Source: Thermodesulfobacteriota bacterium (GTDB lineage Bacteria > Desulfobacterota_D > UBA1144 > Nemesobacterales > UBA2774). From it: a DNA stretch of 64,000 nucleotides. The stretch spans positions 64,001 to 128,000 of the forward strand of contig OY729416.1 of assembly GCA_963422265.1 (NCBI GenBank). Direction: 5' to 3'. The notes beneath the pieces were generated by a model. The model saw nothing but the letters and a program-made list of their open reading frames with translations. It was not told the origin of the DNA and ran no database searches. Each line of letters opens with the position of its first letter. Positions within the stretch are counted from its first letter, which is position 1. This document shows positions 43,890-52,943 of this stretch, one piece after another. A program made the position numbers and the translations under genes.

Positions 43890-44360
43890 TCCGTAGGGGT
43901 GAGACTCTAGCGATGTCCTGAATTTGTTGAAGGATGGTTTTCCTATGACACAAGGATTACCCCTACGAATAAAAAAAAGGGCGGGAGGAGGATAAAGAAG
44001 GAATTCTCCTTCCCCATCTCCCCGTCAAATCCTCCTATATCCCCCTTTTCTAAATGGGGAGTATGTAAGGAAAGGGTTTCGTTCCCCGACCCCATTTCTG
44101 GATTCCCAATCTAGTTGAGAATGACGACAGCACCCTCTAACCAGTGTGGGAGAGGGGGAAAGACTAGATTCCTCCGCTACGCCCTTTGCAAGCTCTGAGG
44201 GTAGTAAAGGATACTCCCCTCCTTTTCTAAAGGAGGGTCAGGGTGGATTTTCTCTTTACCTGTAGGGAAGCGGGCGACCCTAGCAATATCCTGAACTTGT
44301 TGAAGGATGGACAACTTAAGGCGCAAGGGTGATGGGTAACCCAAGGGGTACCTCTACAGA
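43890..44360. repeat. Large REP-like mosaic cluster
   Basis: Two filled GTAG-type REP pairs flanking a CCCCCTTTTC..AATGGGG / GGATTCCCAA..GAGAATGAC unit. Confidence 0.85.
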
Positions 44361-44432
44361 AACGGATTAAACGCAGCCAGATTCTATACTCCCTTTACTT
44401 GCCATGCGCTTATTGTGATCTACACTTAGCGC

Positions 44433-44951
44433 ATGGAAACAATCTACTTAGGCATCGGATCAAATCTCGGTGACAGAGTGGGAAACTGCGCAAAGGCAAT
44501 TGACGTAATTTCACGATTCGCAAACCTACTGAAGGTTTCGTCTATGTATGAAACGGAGCCGATGGGCTATAGGGATCAGCCCGATTTTATTAACTGCGTT
44601 ATAAAAGTCCAGACAGAATTATCTCCCCGCGGACTTCTGACACATCTCAAGACAACGGAAAACGAGTTAAGAAGAATGCCGACTCACAGATGGGGACCAA
44701 GAGTAATAGATCTTGATATAATCTTTTTCGGCGCTCTTATTATGCAAGAAAGAGGGCTTGTGATTCCTCACCCAAGGGCTCACCTTCGCCGCTTTGTAAT
44801 AGAGCCACTGTACGAGATAGCTCCAGAATTTATTCACCCAGTATCTTTGCTCTCAATCTCCGAAATACTATCGGTTTTGGGGACAGCTGACAAGGTTAGA
44901 AAGCTTGGACGGGAATTCACAAGGCATCCACAGTATTCCACAGGTTATTAA
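44433..44951 (+). CDS. folK: 2-amino-4-hydroxy-6-hydroxymethyldihydropteridine diphosphokinase
   Basis: YLGIGSNLG, YETEP, WGPRVIDLDI, IPHPR. Confidence 0.97.
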   Translation: METIYLGIGSNLGDRVGNCAKAIDVISRFANLLKVSSMYETEPMGYRDQPDFINCVIKVQTELSPRGLLTHLKTTENELRRMPTHRWGPRVIDLDIIFFGALIMQERGLVIPHPRAHLRRFVIEPLYEIAPEFIHPVSLLSISEILSVLGTADKVRKLGREFTRHPQYSTGY

Positions 44952-45130
44952 CAGTATAGAAACAGCTTATTAATAGCACCGTTCACAGAATGACGCCTTG
45001 TCTTCACTATATATCTCTAATAATAACAGATAGTTACATCAATAAGATGTTACGATCCTTAGATGGTGTGTGCAACGCTTGCCTGCTTGTATCAGATTTG
45101 TCCACAGCCTTTCACAAGCTATGTGAAAGA
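44913..45130. promoter_or_regulatory. Cluster of DnaA-box-like 9-mers flanking an AT-rich core (candidate oriC or DnaA-titration site)
   Basis: Seven co-oriented 9-mers at 10-12 bp spacing, plus TTGTCCACA, CCTTTCACA and an inverted TGTGAAAGA. Confidence 0.55.
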
Positions 45131-45164
45131 GCAATGGAACAGGGAAGACGCGTCTGCGTAACCT

Positions 45165-46022
45165 TTACAATTCTTTGGAATAGTTACTTGCGGACTCGAG
45201 CGTGTTCCAGAGTAGCATGGATATAGTCATAGGTCCTACACCACCTGGAACGGGGGTAATGAACGAGGCTTTTTCCTTTACGCTTTCAAAATCGACGTCG
45301 CCTACAAGCCTACCTTCCTCGTTACGGTTAATTCCAACGTCGATAACTACCGCTCCCTCTCTTACCATCTGCTTCGTTATGAATTTAGCTCTGCCGATAG
45401 CCGCTATCAATATATCCGCCCTTCTTGTTACCTCATTTAGCCGCTGCGTCCGTGAATGGCAAACGGTTATGGTGGCGTGGCGGTGAAGAAGCAATACGGA
45501 TACAGGCTTTCCAACAATATTACTCCTGCCGACTATTACCGCTTCCTTGCCCTTAATATCTATATTATAGAAGTCAAGCATTTTAATTATTCCGTGAGGT
45601 GTGCACGAGATAAATCTAGGACTTCCTTCAACTAACAATCCCACGTTGTAGGGATGGAAGCCATCAACGTCCTTTAAGGGGGAAACCGCTCTAAGCATTT
45701 TTATCTCGTCTATGTGGTCGGGGAGGGGAAGTTGTATGAGAATGCCGTGAACGCTAGGGTCATCGTTGAGCCTTTTAATTAGATAGAGAAGCTCCTCCTC
45801 CGTTGTCTCTTGGGGCAGATTGTGTTCCTCTGAGTGCATACCAGCAGCGGCACAGGCTTTCCTTTTGTTTCTAACGTAAATTTCGGATGCCTGATTATTG
45901 CCAACCAACACTGCGGCGAGCCCCGGCGTAATACCCTTATCAATTCTAAGTTGCTCCACGCCTTCAGCTACCTCTGCCCTTATTCGCTCAGAGACCTTCT
46001 TCCCATCTATTATTGTAGCCAT
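45165..46022 (-). CDS. folD: Bifunctional methylenetetrahydrofolate dehydrogenase/cyclohydrolase
   Basis: YVRNK, KDVDGFHP, GRSNIVGKP, TPVPGGVGPMT. Confidence 0.98.
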   Translation of the reverse strand: MATIIDGKKVSERIRAEVAEGVEQLRIDKGITPGLAAVLVGNNQASEIYVRNKRKACAAAGMHSEEHNLPQETTEEELLYLIKRLNDDPSVHGILIQLPLPDHIDEIKMLRAVSPLKDVDGFHPYNVGLLVEGSPRFISCTPHGIIKMLDFYNIDIKGKEAVIVGRSNIVGKPVSVLLLHRHATITVCHSRTQRLNEVTRRADILIAAIGRAKFITKQMVREGAVVIDVGINRNEEGRLVGDVDFESVKEKASFITPVPGGVGPMTISMLLWNTLESASNYSKEL

Positions 46023-46038
46023 TCTCTACTCCTTCTAT

Positions 46039-46839
46039 TTAGTTAAGTTTCCAATAGTGATTTAAGGGTCCCTGCCCTCTACCTAGATTAAATGAGCTTT
46101 TTATGGCGGAAGTTAAATAGCTTTTCGCCTTTCTTACGGCTTCTATGGGCTCTAAGCCCTTAGCCAGATAGGCGCAGATTGCGGCGGAATACGTGCAGCC
46201 CGTGCCGTGAGTGTTATTAGTGTCTATCCTAGAGGCTTTAAGCTCATGGAAATCCCCTCCGTCATAAAGCAAATCCGTAGCGTCGTCAACGCTTTTGACG
46301 TGCCCTCCTTTAACAAGCACAAAGTCAGGACCGAGCGATTTTATCTTGACGGCGGCTTTTTTCATATCGTCAATTGATTTGATCTTAACGCCCGATATTA
46401 TCTCTGCCTCAGGTACGTTAGGGGTTAATAAATAGGTAAGTTCCAGGAGCTCGTCTATCAATACCTTAGTTGCCTCTTCCTCCAATAAGATGTCCCCGCT
46501 TTTGGATTTCATAACCGGGTCAACAACCAGTTTGCTGATACCGTGCTCTTTAATCTTTTTGACTATGGACAATACTATTGCGCGGCTGGATAACATTCCC
46601 GTTTTTACAGCCTGAATCCCTATATCATTGATAACGGCGTCTATTTGAAGCTCCACAAATTTGCTTGGCAGATCGTGCGCTCCGAGAAAAGCCTCCGTAT
46701 TTTGCGCCGTAACCGAAGTAATAACGGACGCTCCGTAAACTCCGAGCGCAGTAAAGGTTTTAAGATCCGCCTGTATACCCGCCCCGCCTCCTGAATCCGA
46801 GCCGGCGATAGTCAAAGCTCGTGGAACGAACTCAATCAT
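46039..46839 (-). CDS. thiD: Hydroxymethylpyrimidine/phosphomethylpyrimidine kinase
   Basis: [32 protein letters not shown]. Confidence 0.97.
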   Translation of the reverse strand: MIEFVPRALTIAGSDSGGGAGIQADLKTFTALGVYGASVITSVTAQNTEAFLGAHDLPSKFVELQIDAVINDIGIQAVKTGMLSSRAIVLSIVKKIKEHGISKLVVDPVMKSKSGDILLEEEATKVLIDELLELTYLLTPNVPEAEIISGVKIKSIDDMKKAAVKIKSLGPDFVLVKGGHVKSVDDATDLLYDGGDFHELKASRIDTNNTHGTGCTYSAAICAYLAKGLEPIEAVRKAKSYLTSAIKSSFNLGRGQGPLNHYWKLN

Positions 46840-46955
46840 TGCGTCTTATTCTACAAAGGTTTCAAGACCTTTACAAACAAGTGATTGTCTTACTGGACTT
46901 AATGAAAAATGAATGTAATATAGTAGCAAAATTAAAATCTATTTCTAAAGGAGAT

Positions 46956-47381
46956 ATGGTGGTTATGGTAAAGCTATCAGAAAATGATGAAGTTATTTTC
47001 CCCGAGTTGTTCACTATAGACGAATCTGGCACGGTAAGGCTTCTAGCAGGCTACTCAAAGGAGGCTGATAACTGGACGTTTCCAAAATATTTGGCGGATC
47101 CAGTAAGCTTTTCAGATGAGATAGAGGAAAGACCCCTGAGCCCTACGGGTGAGCTTCATTCCTTTACTATAGTCAGAAGAAGTATGCCTGAATTTCCCGT
47201 TCCTTATGCTCTTGCCCTTGTTGACTTTCCAGAAGGCGTAAGGGTAATGGCGCAGGTAGAAACGGACGATGCCGGGGCGCTCGAGCTTGGACAGAAAATG
47301 GGCGTAACCGTGGGCCGCGTAAAGAAATCAAAAGACGGAAAAGACGTTAAATCTTACAAGTTCTATGCAGTAAACAAATAG
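46956..47381 (+). CDS. DUF35/ChsH2-like OB-fold protein lacking the zinc-ribbon cysteines
   Basis: GELHSFTIV, PYALALVDFPEGVRVMAQV and YKF OB-fold pattern; SD AAGGAG near 46950. Confidence 0.8.
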   Translation: MVVMVKLSENDEVIFPELFTIDESGTVRLLAGYSKEADNWTFPKYLADPVSFSDEIEERPLSPTGELHSFTIVRRSMPEFPVPYALALVDFPEGVRVMAQVETDDAGALELGQKMGVTVGRVKKSKDGKDVKSYKFYAVNK

Positions 47382-47446
47382 CCCCCAGTAGATAGAATTC
47401 CGATATACTTCAATTTAATATCGGGTCGTAGATAGAGGCTTTCTCT

Positions 47447-48442
47447 TTAACCTTCCGATACTAGGGTTTTTACGTTCTGGGTAAACGGTGGGAGAACGTC
47501 AAATAGATCTCCCACTATACCGTAATCGCACTTTTGAAAAATCGGCGCCTCTGGATCTTTATTGATAGCCACAATTACCTTGGACGACCCCATACCTGCA
47601 AAATGCTGTACCGACCCCGATATAGCGATAGCCACGTAGAGACTAGGGGAAACGGCTTTGCCCGTCTGACCGACCTGCATATCGTAGGGGCAATAGCCTG
47701 CGTCCACAGCGGCGCGAGTGGCGCCAGCCGCAGCGTCTAAAATGTCCGCAAGTTCGTAAACGTATCTGAAATTGTCCTCACTGCTCAGACCACGCCCACC
47801 CGATACGACCCTCTCTGCCTCTGCAAGCTCGGGACGTTCAGACTCTTTCGTCTTAAGCTCAATTATCTTCATCTTAACGTCAGCCGGATTGATTTCCACG
47901 CCCCCATCTATAATTTCAGGCGTCTTAGAATCCTCTATGATCTTAAAAGAATTAGGTCTCACGGTGGTCATCATCGGATAATTCTCATGGAACACCTGTG
48001 TGGGAATAGCCTTGCTAGAGTGAGAATAACGCTTAATCCGCAATTTATTGTCATCCGTCACATCTATTTTTATGGCGTCCATTGTAACTCCTGCGCCTAC
48101 ACGGGCGGCCACTCTGGGAAAGTAATCCTGGCCAAAAACGGTATTTCCCGCTATAACGATGGAGGGCTCGTGCTTTTTTATCAACTCGCTAAGGGCAATC
48201 GTATATGCCTCGGTATTAAAATTTTTCAACAGCTCGTTATCTATAACGTAAACCTTCTCCGCACCATATTCCCCTAGCTCGGGAGCGTGCGAGGATATCC
48301 CTGAGCCAAGCAGGACGCCGCAGAGCTTGCCTCCTAGCTTCCCAGCGATCTTTTCCCTGGCTTCGCTAAGAGCCTCAAACGTAACCTGTCTTATACTCCC
48401 GTCCAGCTTCGAATCCGCCACAATCCATACTTCGTTACTCAT
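47447..48442 (-). CDS. etfA: Electron transfer flavoprotein alpha subunit
   Basis: VVSGGRG, GATRAAVDAG, QVGQTG, ISGSVQH, AINKDPEAPIF. Confidence 0.97.
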   Translation of the reverse strand: MSNEVWIVADSKLDGSIRQVTFEALSEAREKIAGKLGGKLCGVLLGSGISSHAPELGEYGAEKVYVIDNELLKNFNTEAYTIALSELIKKHEPSIVIAGNTVFGQDYFPRVAARVGAGVTMDAIKIDVTDDNKLRIKRYSHSSKAIPTQVFHENYPMMTTVRPNSFKIIEDSKTPEIIDGGVEINPADVKMKIIELKTKESERPELAEAERVVSGGRGLSSEDNFRYVYELADILDAAAGATRAAVDAGYCPYDMQVGQTGKAVSPSLYVAIAISGSVQHFAGMGSSKVIVAINKDPEAPIFQKCDYGIVGDLFDVLPPFTQNVKTLVSEG

Positions 48443-48596
48443 GATATTCCTCCTACGATTTCCTTTTCGTAAAATTAATTTGTAAAATTAACCATCCGTA
48501 AAGGTAACAACCACGTTCCCCGACCTTTAGGTAGCACTAACCTTAGTGGCGTAGCGATCCTATTGAAGGGTAGTTACCCATCCCGAAACTCAACGC

Positions 48597-49436
48597 TTAT
48601 ATGACCTTAGCCTCTTCTCTTAAAACCTCAACAAGCTCACGCGCCGCAGAGGCAACCTCTTCCCCTTTAACCATTGGCTCTGCAGAACCCTTTATAATCC
48701 TTAACTTCCTTTCTATTTGAGGAATCTTTATCTCAATCGTATTGACCCTTGCTCCCTCTTTCCCTAAACTTTGTGGTGTTAGTCCTAATTCTTCCGCCTT
48801 AACGTCAGCGATCGTAACCGTCTTGAGTGGCTTTCTCTTTGCCTTCATAATACCTGGTAAAGAAGCGTATCTCGGCTCGTTCATAGCATCTGGACAGGTT
48901 ATAAGGCAGGGTAGCGGAGACTCTACAATAACGTGTCCACCATCTATTTCCTTCTGACACACGACTCTCTTACCCGACGGATCGATGCTGACAACCTTGC
49001 TGACGAGTGAGACGTGGGGTATATCCAACTCCTCGGCTACATGAATACCGACCTGCCCTGATTCCTCGTCTATAATTTTCATTCCGGTAAAAATAATATC
49101 AAACTCGTCCAGCTTCTTTATCTCGCTAGCAATAACCTTTCCTGTGGCAAAAGAATCCGAATCCGCAAAGCTATCATCACTAATATGAACGGCGCTATCC
49201 GCACCCATGGCGAGAGCCTGCCGTATGGTCTCAAGCGCTCTCGCGGGTCCCATAGCTATAATTACAACCTCTCCACCGTGTTTTTCTTTAGATTGAATAG
49301 CCTCTTCTACCGCAAACTCATCATATGGATTCATAACCCACTTCATTCCCTCTACATCTATAGAATCACCACTCGAGACTACCTCAATTTTCGCCTCCGT
49401 ATCCTGCGTTTGGCTTACTATTACAAGTATTCTCAA
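48597..49436 (-). CDS. etfB: Electron transfer flavoprotein beta subunit
   Basis: MNPYDEFAVEEA, ALAMGAD, NEPRYASLPGIMKAK. Confidence 0.97.
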   Translation of the reverse strand: MRILVIVSQTQDTEAKIEVVSSGDSIDVEGMKWVMNPYDEFAVEEAIQSKEKHGGEVVIIAMGPARALETIRQALAMGADSAVHISDDSFADSDSFATGKVIASEIKKLDEFDIIFTGMKIIDEESGQVGIHVAEELDIPHVSLVSKVVSIDPSGKRVVCQKEIDGGHVIVESPLPCLITCPDAMNEPRYASLPGIMKAKRKPLKTVTIADVKAEELGLTPQSLGKEGARVNTIEIKIPQIERKLRIIKGSAEPMVKGEEVASAARELVEVLREEAKVI

Positions 49437-49587
49437 TTTAAGCTTACCTCCTGTTAAGGTTTAGGCTATTTCTGTATCCGAATCTTCTATTGCAATCTAA
49501 CCATTTGTTTTAGTATGACGATCTTCCGTGCAATCTGAAGAAGCTGATCAAACGCCGCGAGAACATGTAAAACAGCAAAGGGACACA

Positions 49588-49615
49588 ATTATAAGTTCTG
49601 ACTACCGATTGTCAA
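49588..49615 (-). promoter_or_regulatory. Consensus sigma70 promoter upstream of etfBA
   Basis: TTGACA-16bp-TATAAT on the minus strand. Confidence 0.7.
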
Positions 49616-49634
49616 GCGGGAGGGAATTTAAGCG

Positions 49635-50063
49635 TTATTGTAGTCGTTTGCTCGATTCAAATTCGCTTAGCGGTATAGGGATTGGACAGGCATGATGAAG
49701 TGCTAAGTGCCACGAGGAATCTGAAAGCTCGTAAAGGTTCGTCGCTTGCGCGAATCCCGTTTGTATCTCGTCACCGACCTTATGGGATACTTCTTCAATG
49801 CACACCACCCAGGCGATCCGTCCCGATACCTCGACCTTAACGTCCGACAACGCTATATCCGTAGGGGCACCTGAATTAAATATGGCTTTCCAACTTTCTT
49901 TTATAGATTCCCACCCGTAGAGCATGGGCCAGCCCGGATGGACGCACTTTGCCCTTGCATCTTTGAGCCAAACATCCTCAATCAAGCCAACGTCACAAGT
50001 GAGAACTGCTTTATAAAAATTTGCGTTAGCCTTCAGTACCTGATTCTTTACATCTTCGGTCAT
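49635..50063 (-). CDS. SnoaL/NTF2-like protein
   Basis: ANANFYKA, CVHPGW..GWESIKESW, AWVVCIE, ATNLYE, HHA. Confidence 0.9.
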   Translation of the reverse strand: MTEDVKNQVLKANANFYKAVLTCDVGLIEDVWLKDARAKCVHPGWPMLYGWESIKESWKAIFNSGAPTDIALSDVKVEVSGRIAWVVCIEEVSHKVGDEIQTGFAQATNLYELSDSSWHLALHHACPIPIPLSEFESSKRLQ

Positions 50064-50101
50064 AATGAATTAAGCACCCTGCTCAGGGGCTCAAGTTTAG
50101 C

Positions 50102-51238
50102 TTAACTTCCCACAATATTCAAAATGGCTTCAATTTCATTTCTTACGCCCTCATCTGGTTCTTTCACCATAAGGTCAAGCAAAACTTCTTCTGCGCCTGA
50201 CCCTTTTATCCGCCACAAAGCCCATACGGCATGCGCCCTGATAAGAGGCTCTCTATCGCTTAAGCATTCTTCTACGCAGGGAAGGAATTTCTTTTCCCCT
50301 GAGTTGCCCATTGCTATTAATACGTTTCTTATAAATCCCTTTCTCTTAGTCCTCTTTACTGGACTGTCCTTGAACAATCCTCGAAAATCATCCGGACTAA
50401 GCCTCGAGAGGTAAGACAACTCAGGATTATACAGCCCTGTTCTCGGCGCAAACGAATCGTCTTGGGTAATCTGAGCTTTTTTGTTCCACGGACAAACATC
50501 CTGGCATATATCGCATCCGAATATATTGTTATCTATGCCTTCCCTAAGCTCTAGGGGAATTATACCCTTAAGCTCGATTGTTAGATATGAAATACAACGC
50601 CTGGAATCTAGCTGATATGGCTCAAGCAGGGCTCCCGTCGGACATGCGTCAATACACCTAGTGCACGTCCCGCACCTGTCAGGGGCGGGGGTATCATATT
50701 CAAGCTCAAGATTAGTTATTATTTCCCCTATGAACACCCACGAGCCTATATTTTGGTTAATTAAACACGCGTTTTTCCCTATCCAGCCTATACCAGCGTA
50801 TTTCCCGTATGCCCTCTCCAAGACAGGTCCAGTATCTACGTAATGGCGCAGATCAACGTCGTGGGGAGATTGCTCCCTAATGTAGCCCGCGAGCTTATCA
50901 AGCCTAGCCCGCATCAAATCGTGATAATCATCGCCCCAGGCGTAACGCGCAATCCAACCTCTCATCTTGTCGTCTTCGTCCGTTGAATATGGATAAGGCG
51001 TATTGTAGTTTGTCCCGCAGGATATTACCGACTTTGCGTCGGGGACAATCTGTCTGACGTCAGCCCTTTTAGTCGGATTCCTCTCCATGTATTTCATTTC
51101 TCCCGCGTGCCCTTTCAAAAGCCACTCCTTATAAAACTGGCTCTCCGGAAAAACGCCAATAGGAGAGATACCAACCAGATCAAAACCGACTTGGTAGGCT
51201 TCATTCTTGATAGACTCGGTAAGATGCAAGGGTCTCAT
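50102..51238 (-). CDS. queG: tRNA epoxyqueuosine(34) reductase
   Basis: ARYAWGDDYH, VDTGP, CGTCTRCIDACPT, CISYLTIE, GCDICQDVCPWN. Confidence 0.97.
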   Translation of the reverse strand: MRPLHLTESIKNEAYQVGFDLVGISPIGVFPESQFYKEWLLKGHAGEMKYMERNPTKRADVRQIVPDAKSVISCGTNYNTPYPYSTDEDDKMRGWIARYAWGDDYHDLMRARLDKLAGYIREQSPHDVDLRHYVDTGPVLERAYGKYAGIGWIGKNACLINQNIGSWVFIGEIITNLELEYDTPAPDRCGTCTRCIDACPTGALLEPYQLDSRRCISYLTIELKGIIPLELREGIDNNIFGCDICQDVCPWNKKAQITQDDSFAPRTGLYNPELSYLSRLSPDDFRGLFKDSPVKRTKRKGFIRNVLIAMGNSGEKKFLPCVEECLSDREPLIRAHAVWALWRIKGSGAEEVLLDLMVKEPDEGVRNEIEAILNIVGS

Positions 51239-51282
51239 AGAGAATTATTTTATCATAACAAATTAAGATGAGTTTAGGGCTC

Positions 51283-51783
51283 TCACTCAGACCAGCCGCT
51301 AGGATACGTCTTTGCCTTTATTATTAGACTGGCTATTTCGCCTAACGCGCCTACGCCAGCTTCGTAAGTCGCAAAATAAGAATGAGACTTAACCTCTAAT
51401 GGTGCCTCAGGGGTGACGGCTGAAAAATTGACCTTATCTACTATACAAAGGTCTGACGAATCCCTGCAGATTAAGACAATCTCAAAGTCAGAAAGGCAGC
51501 ATTCGGATTTTATCTTGGAATAAAAATTGGACTTATTAGATATCCCCTGGTGAAGCTCTACAGAGAGAGACTCGGCGACTGAAGAAATCTCCTGGGACAC
51601 GCCCTCGCAATAGGCTATGCAATTGACGCCGTTCTCAAACAGAGCACCCTTATGATTTCCGTTAATTCCTAAATCACGTGGCAGGGAGACGTCCCCGTTT
51701 ACCCCCCAGCCGCCCGCGTTGACCAAAAGTAGTTTGATCCCAGCAAGCTTTGAAACGAGATCGGCTCTTAGCTTTTGAAACAA
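51283..51783 (-). CDS. KdsC/YrbI-like HAD-fold protein lacking the catalytic aspartates
   Basis: IKLLLVNAGG (vs IKLLILDVDG), LHQGISNK, ICRDSSDL, APLEVKS and GVGALGE segments follow the KdsC pattern. Confidence 0.6.
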   Translation of the reverse strand: MFQKLRADLVSKLAGIKLLLVNAGGWGVNGDVSLPRDLGINGNHKGALFENGVNCIAYCEGVSQEISSVAESLSVELHQGISNKSNFYSKIKSECCLSDFEIVLICRDSSDLCIVDKVNFSAVTPEAPLEVKSHSYFATYEAGVGALGEIASLIIKAKTYPSGWSE

Positions 51784-52061
51784 AATTTCTCCCTATTACC
51801 CATCCGAAAATTATACGTTTCCGACGCCATGGCGCGCATAATATGCAATTGGATAGAATAACCAATTATGAGCAAGCGAGGAAACTTCTTAATATATGCC
51901 TGCATATAGATCATACACATCACTCACGCTAAGGCAAAGTAGTCCTGTATGACCACCACGCACCTTTATTTATCGCATACGAGTATGTATTATACATCTG
52001 ACGTCAATTCATGATTTCCTTGCTAAATATAGCCATACCCTTTTATAAATAAAATAAAGCT

Positions 52062-52943
52062 ATGAAGAAATTAATACAAAAAGCACAGACTTTGGTAGAG
52101 GCTCTTCCCTACATTAAAGAGTTTCACGGTAAGACCATAGTCGTTAAATACGGCGGGAGCGTGGGCAATGAAGACCTCTATGACTTTGCGCGAGACGTAG
52201 TTCTGATGAAATACGTCGGCATTCACCCAGTCGTAGTACATGGGGGTGGACCACAGATAGGCATACACCTAAAAAAGCTCGGTATAGAAACTGAGTTCGT
52301 CGCCGGATTAAGGGTTACGAATGAGAAAATTATGGAAGTAGCCGAGATGGTGCTTGTTGGAAAAATCAATCAGAAAATAATTGAGGCTATAAATTCAATG
52401 GGAGGGAAAGCCGTAGGAACCTCGGGGAAAGAGGGAAAAATGATAATGGCGAAGAAGCTAGACCTGCAAAAGCTAGCTAAGGAAAACGGCCTAGAGGTTA
52501 CTGCAAACTCCGACCTTGGAATGGTAGGCGAGGTGGAGGCGATAAATCCTGATTTAATAAAAGTGCTGGAGAGTTCAGGTTTTATCCCCGTTATAGCCCC
52601 TATTGGGTTTGACGAGCGGGGAAGCACTTATAACGTCAACGCGGACCACGTGGCGGGGAAAATCGCTGGGGCGATAAATGCGATAAAGCTGATACTGCTC
52701 ACGAACGTCTCCGGTATAATGGACGAGAACGGCGAGCTTATATCAAGCCTGACCGAATTGCAAGCTAATAAGCTGATTAAAAACAAAGTAATATCAAGCG
52801 GTATGATACCTAAGGTGATGTGCGCCTTAGGAGCGCTTCACGAAGGAGTAAGCAAGGTGCACGTTATTGACGGCAGGGTAGATCATTCGTTAATACTAGA
52901 AGTATTTACAGATGCCGGGGTAGGAACGGAAATATTACTATGA
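52062..52943 (+). CDS. argB: Acetylglutamate kinase
   Basis: VVKYGG, VVHGGGPQI, GLRVT, NVNAD, GMIPK. Confidence 0.98.
   Translation: MKKLIQKAQTLVEALPYIKEFHGKTIVVKYGGSVGNEDLYDFARDVVLMKYVGIHPVVVHGGGPQIGIHLKKLGIETEFVAGLRVTNEKIMEVAEMVLVGKINQKIIEAINSMGGKAVGTSGKEGKMIMAKKLDLQKLAKENGLEVTANSDLGMVGEVEAINPDLIKVLESSGFIPVIAPIGFDERGSTYNVNADHVAGKIAGAINAIKLILLTNVSGIMDENGELISSLTELQANKLIKNKVISSGMIPKVMCALGALHEGVSKVHVIDGRVDHSLILEVFTDAGVGTEILL

Noticed and set aside
48510-48595. TGGCGTAGCG...CCCATCCCGAA superficially resembling 5S rRNA
   Set aside because: Too short, no 3' half or terminal helix; better explained as a decayed copy of the filled REP (TAGCGAT..CCTATTGAAGG)
51830-52000. ARG-box-like palindromes upstream of argB
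   Set aside because: Only weak partial matches (GCATA..TATG) that cannot be distinguished from chance
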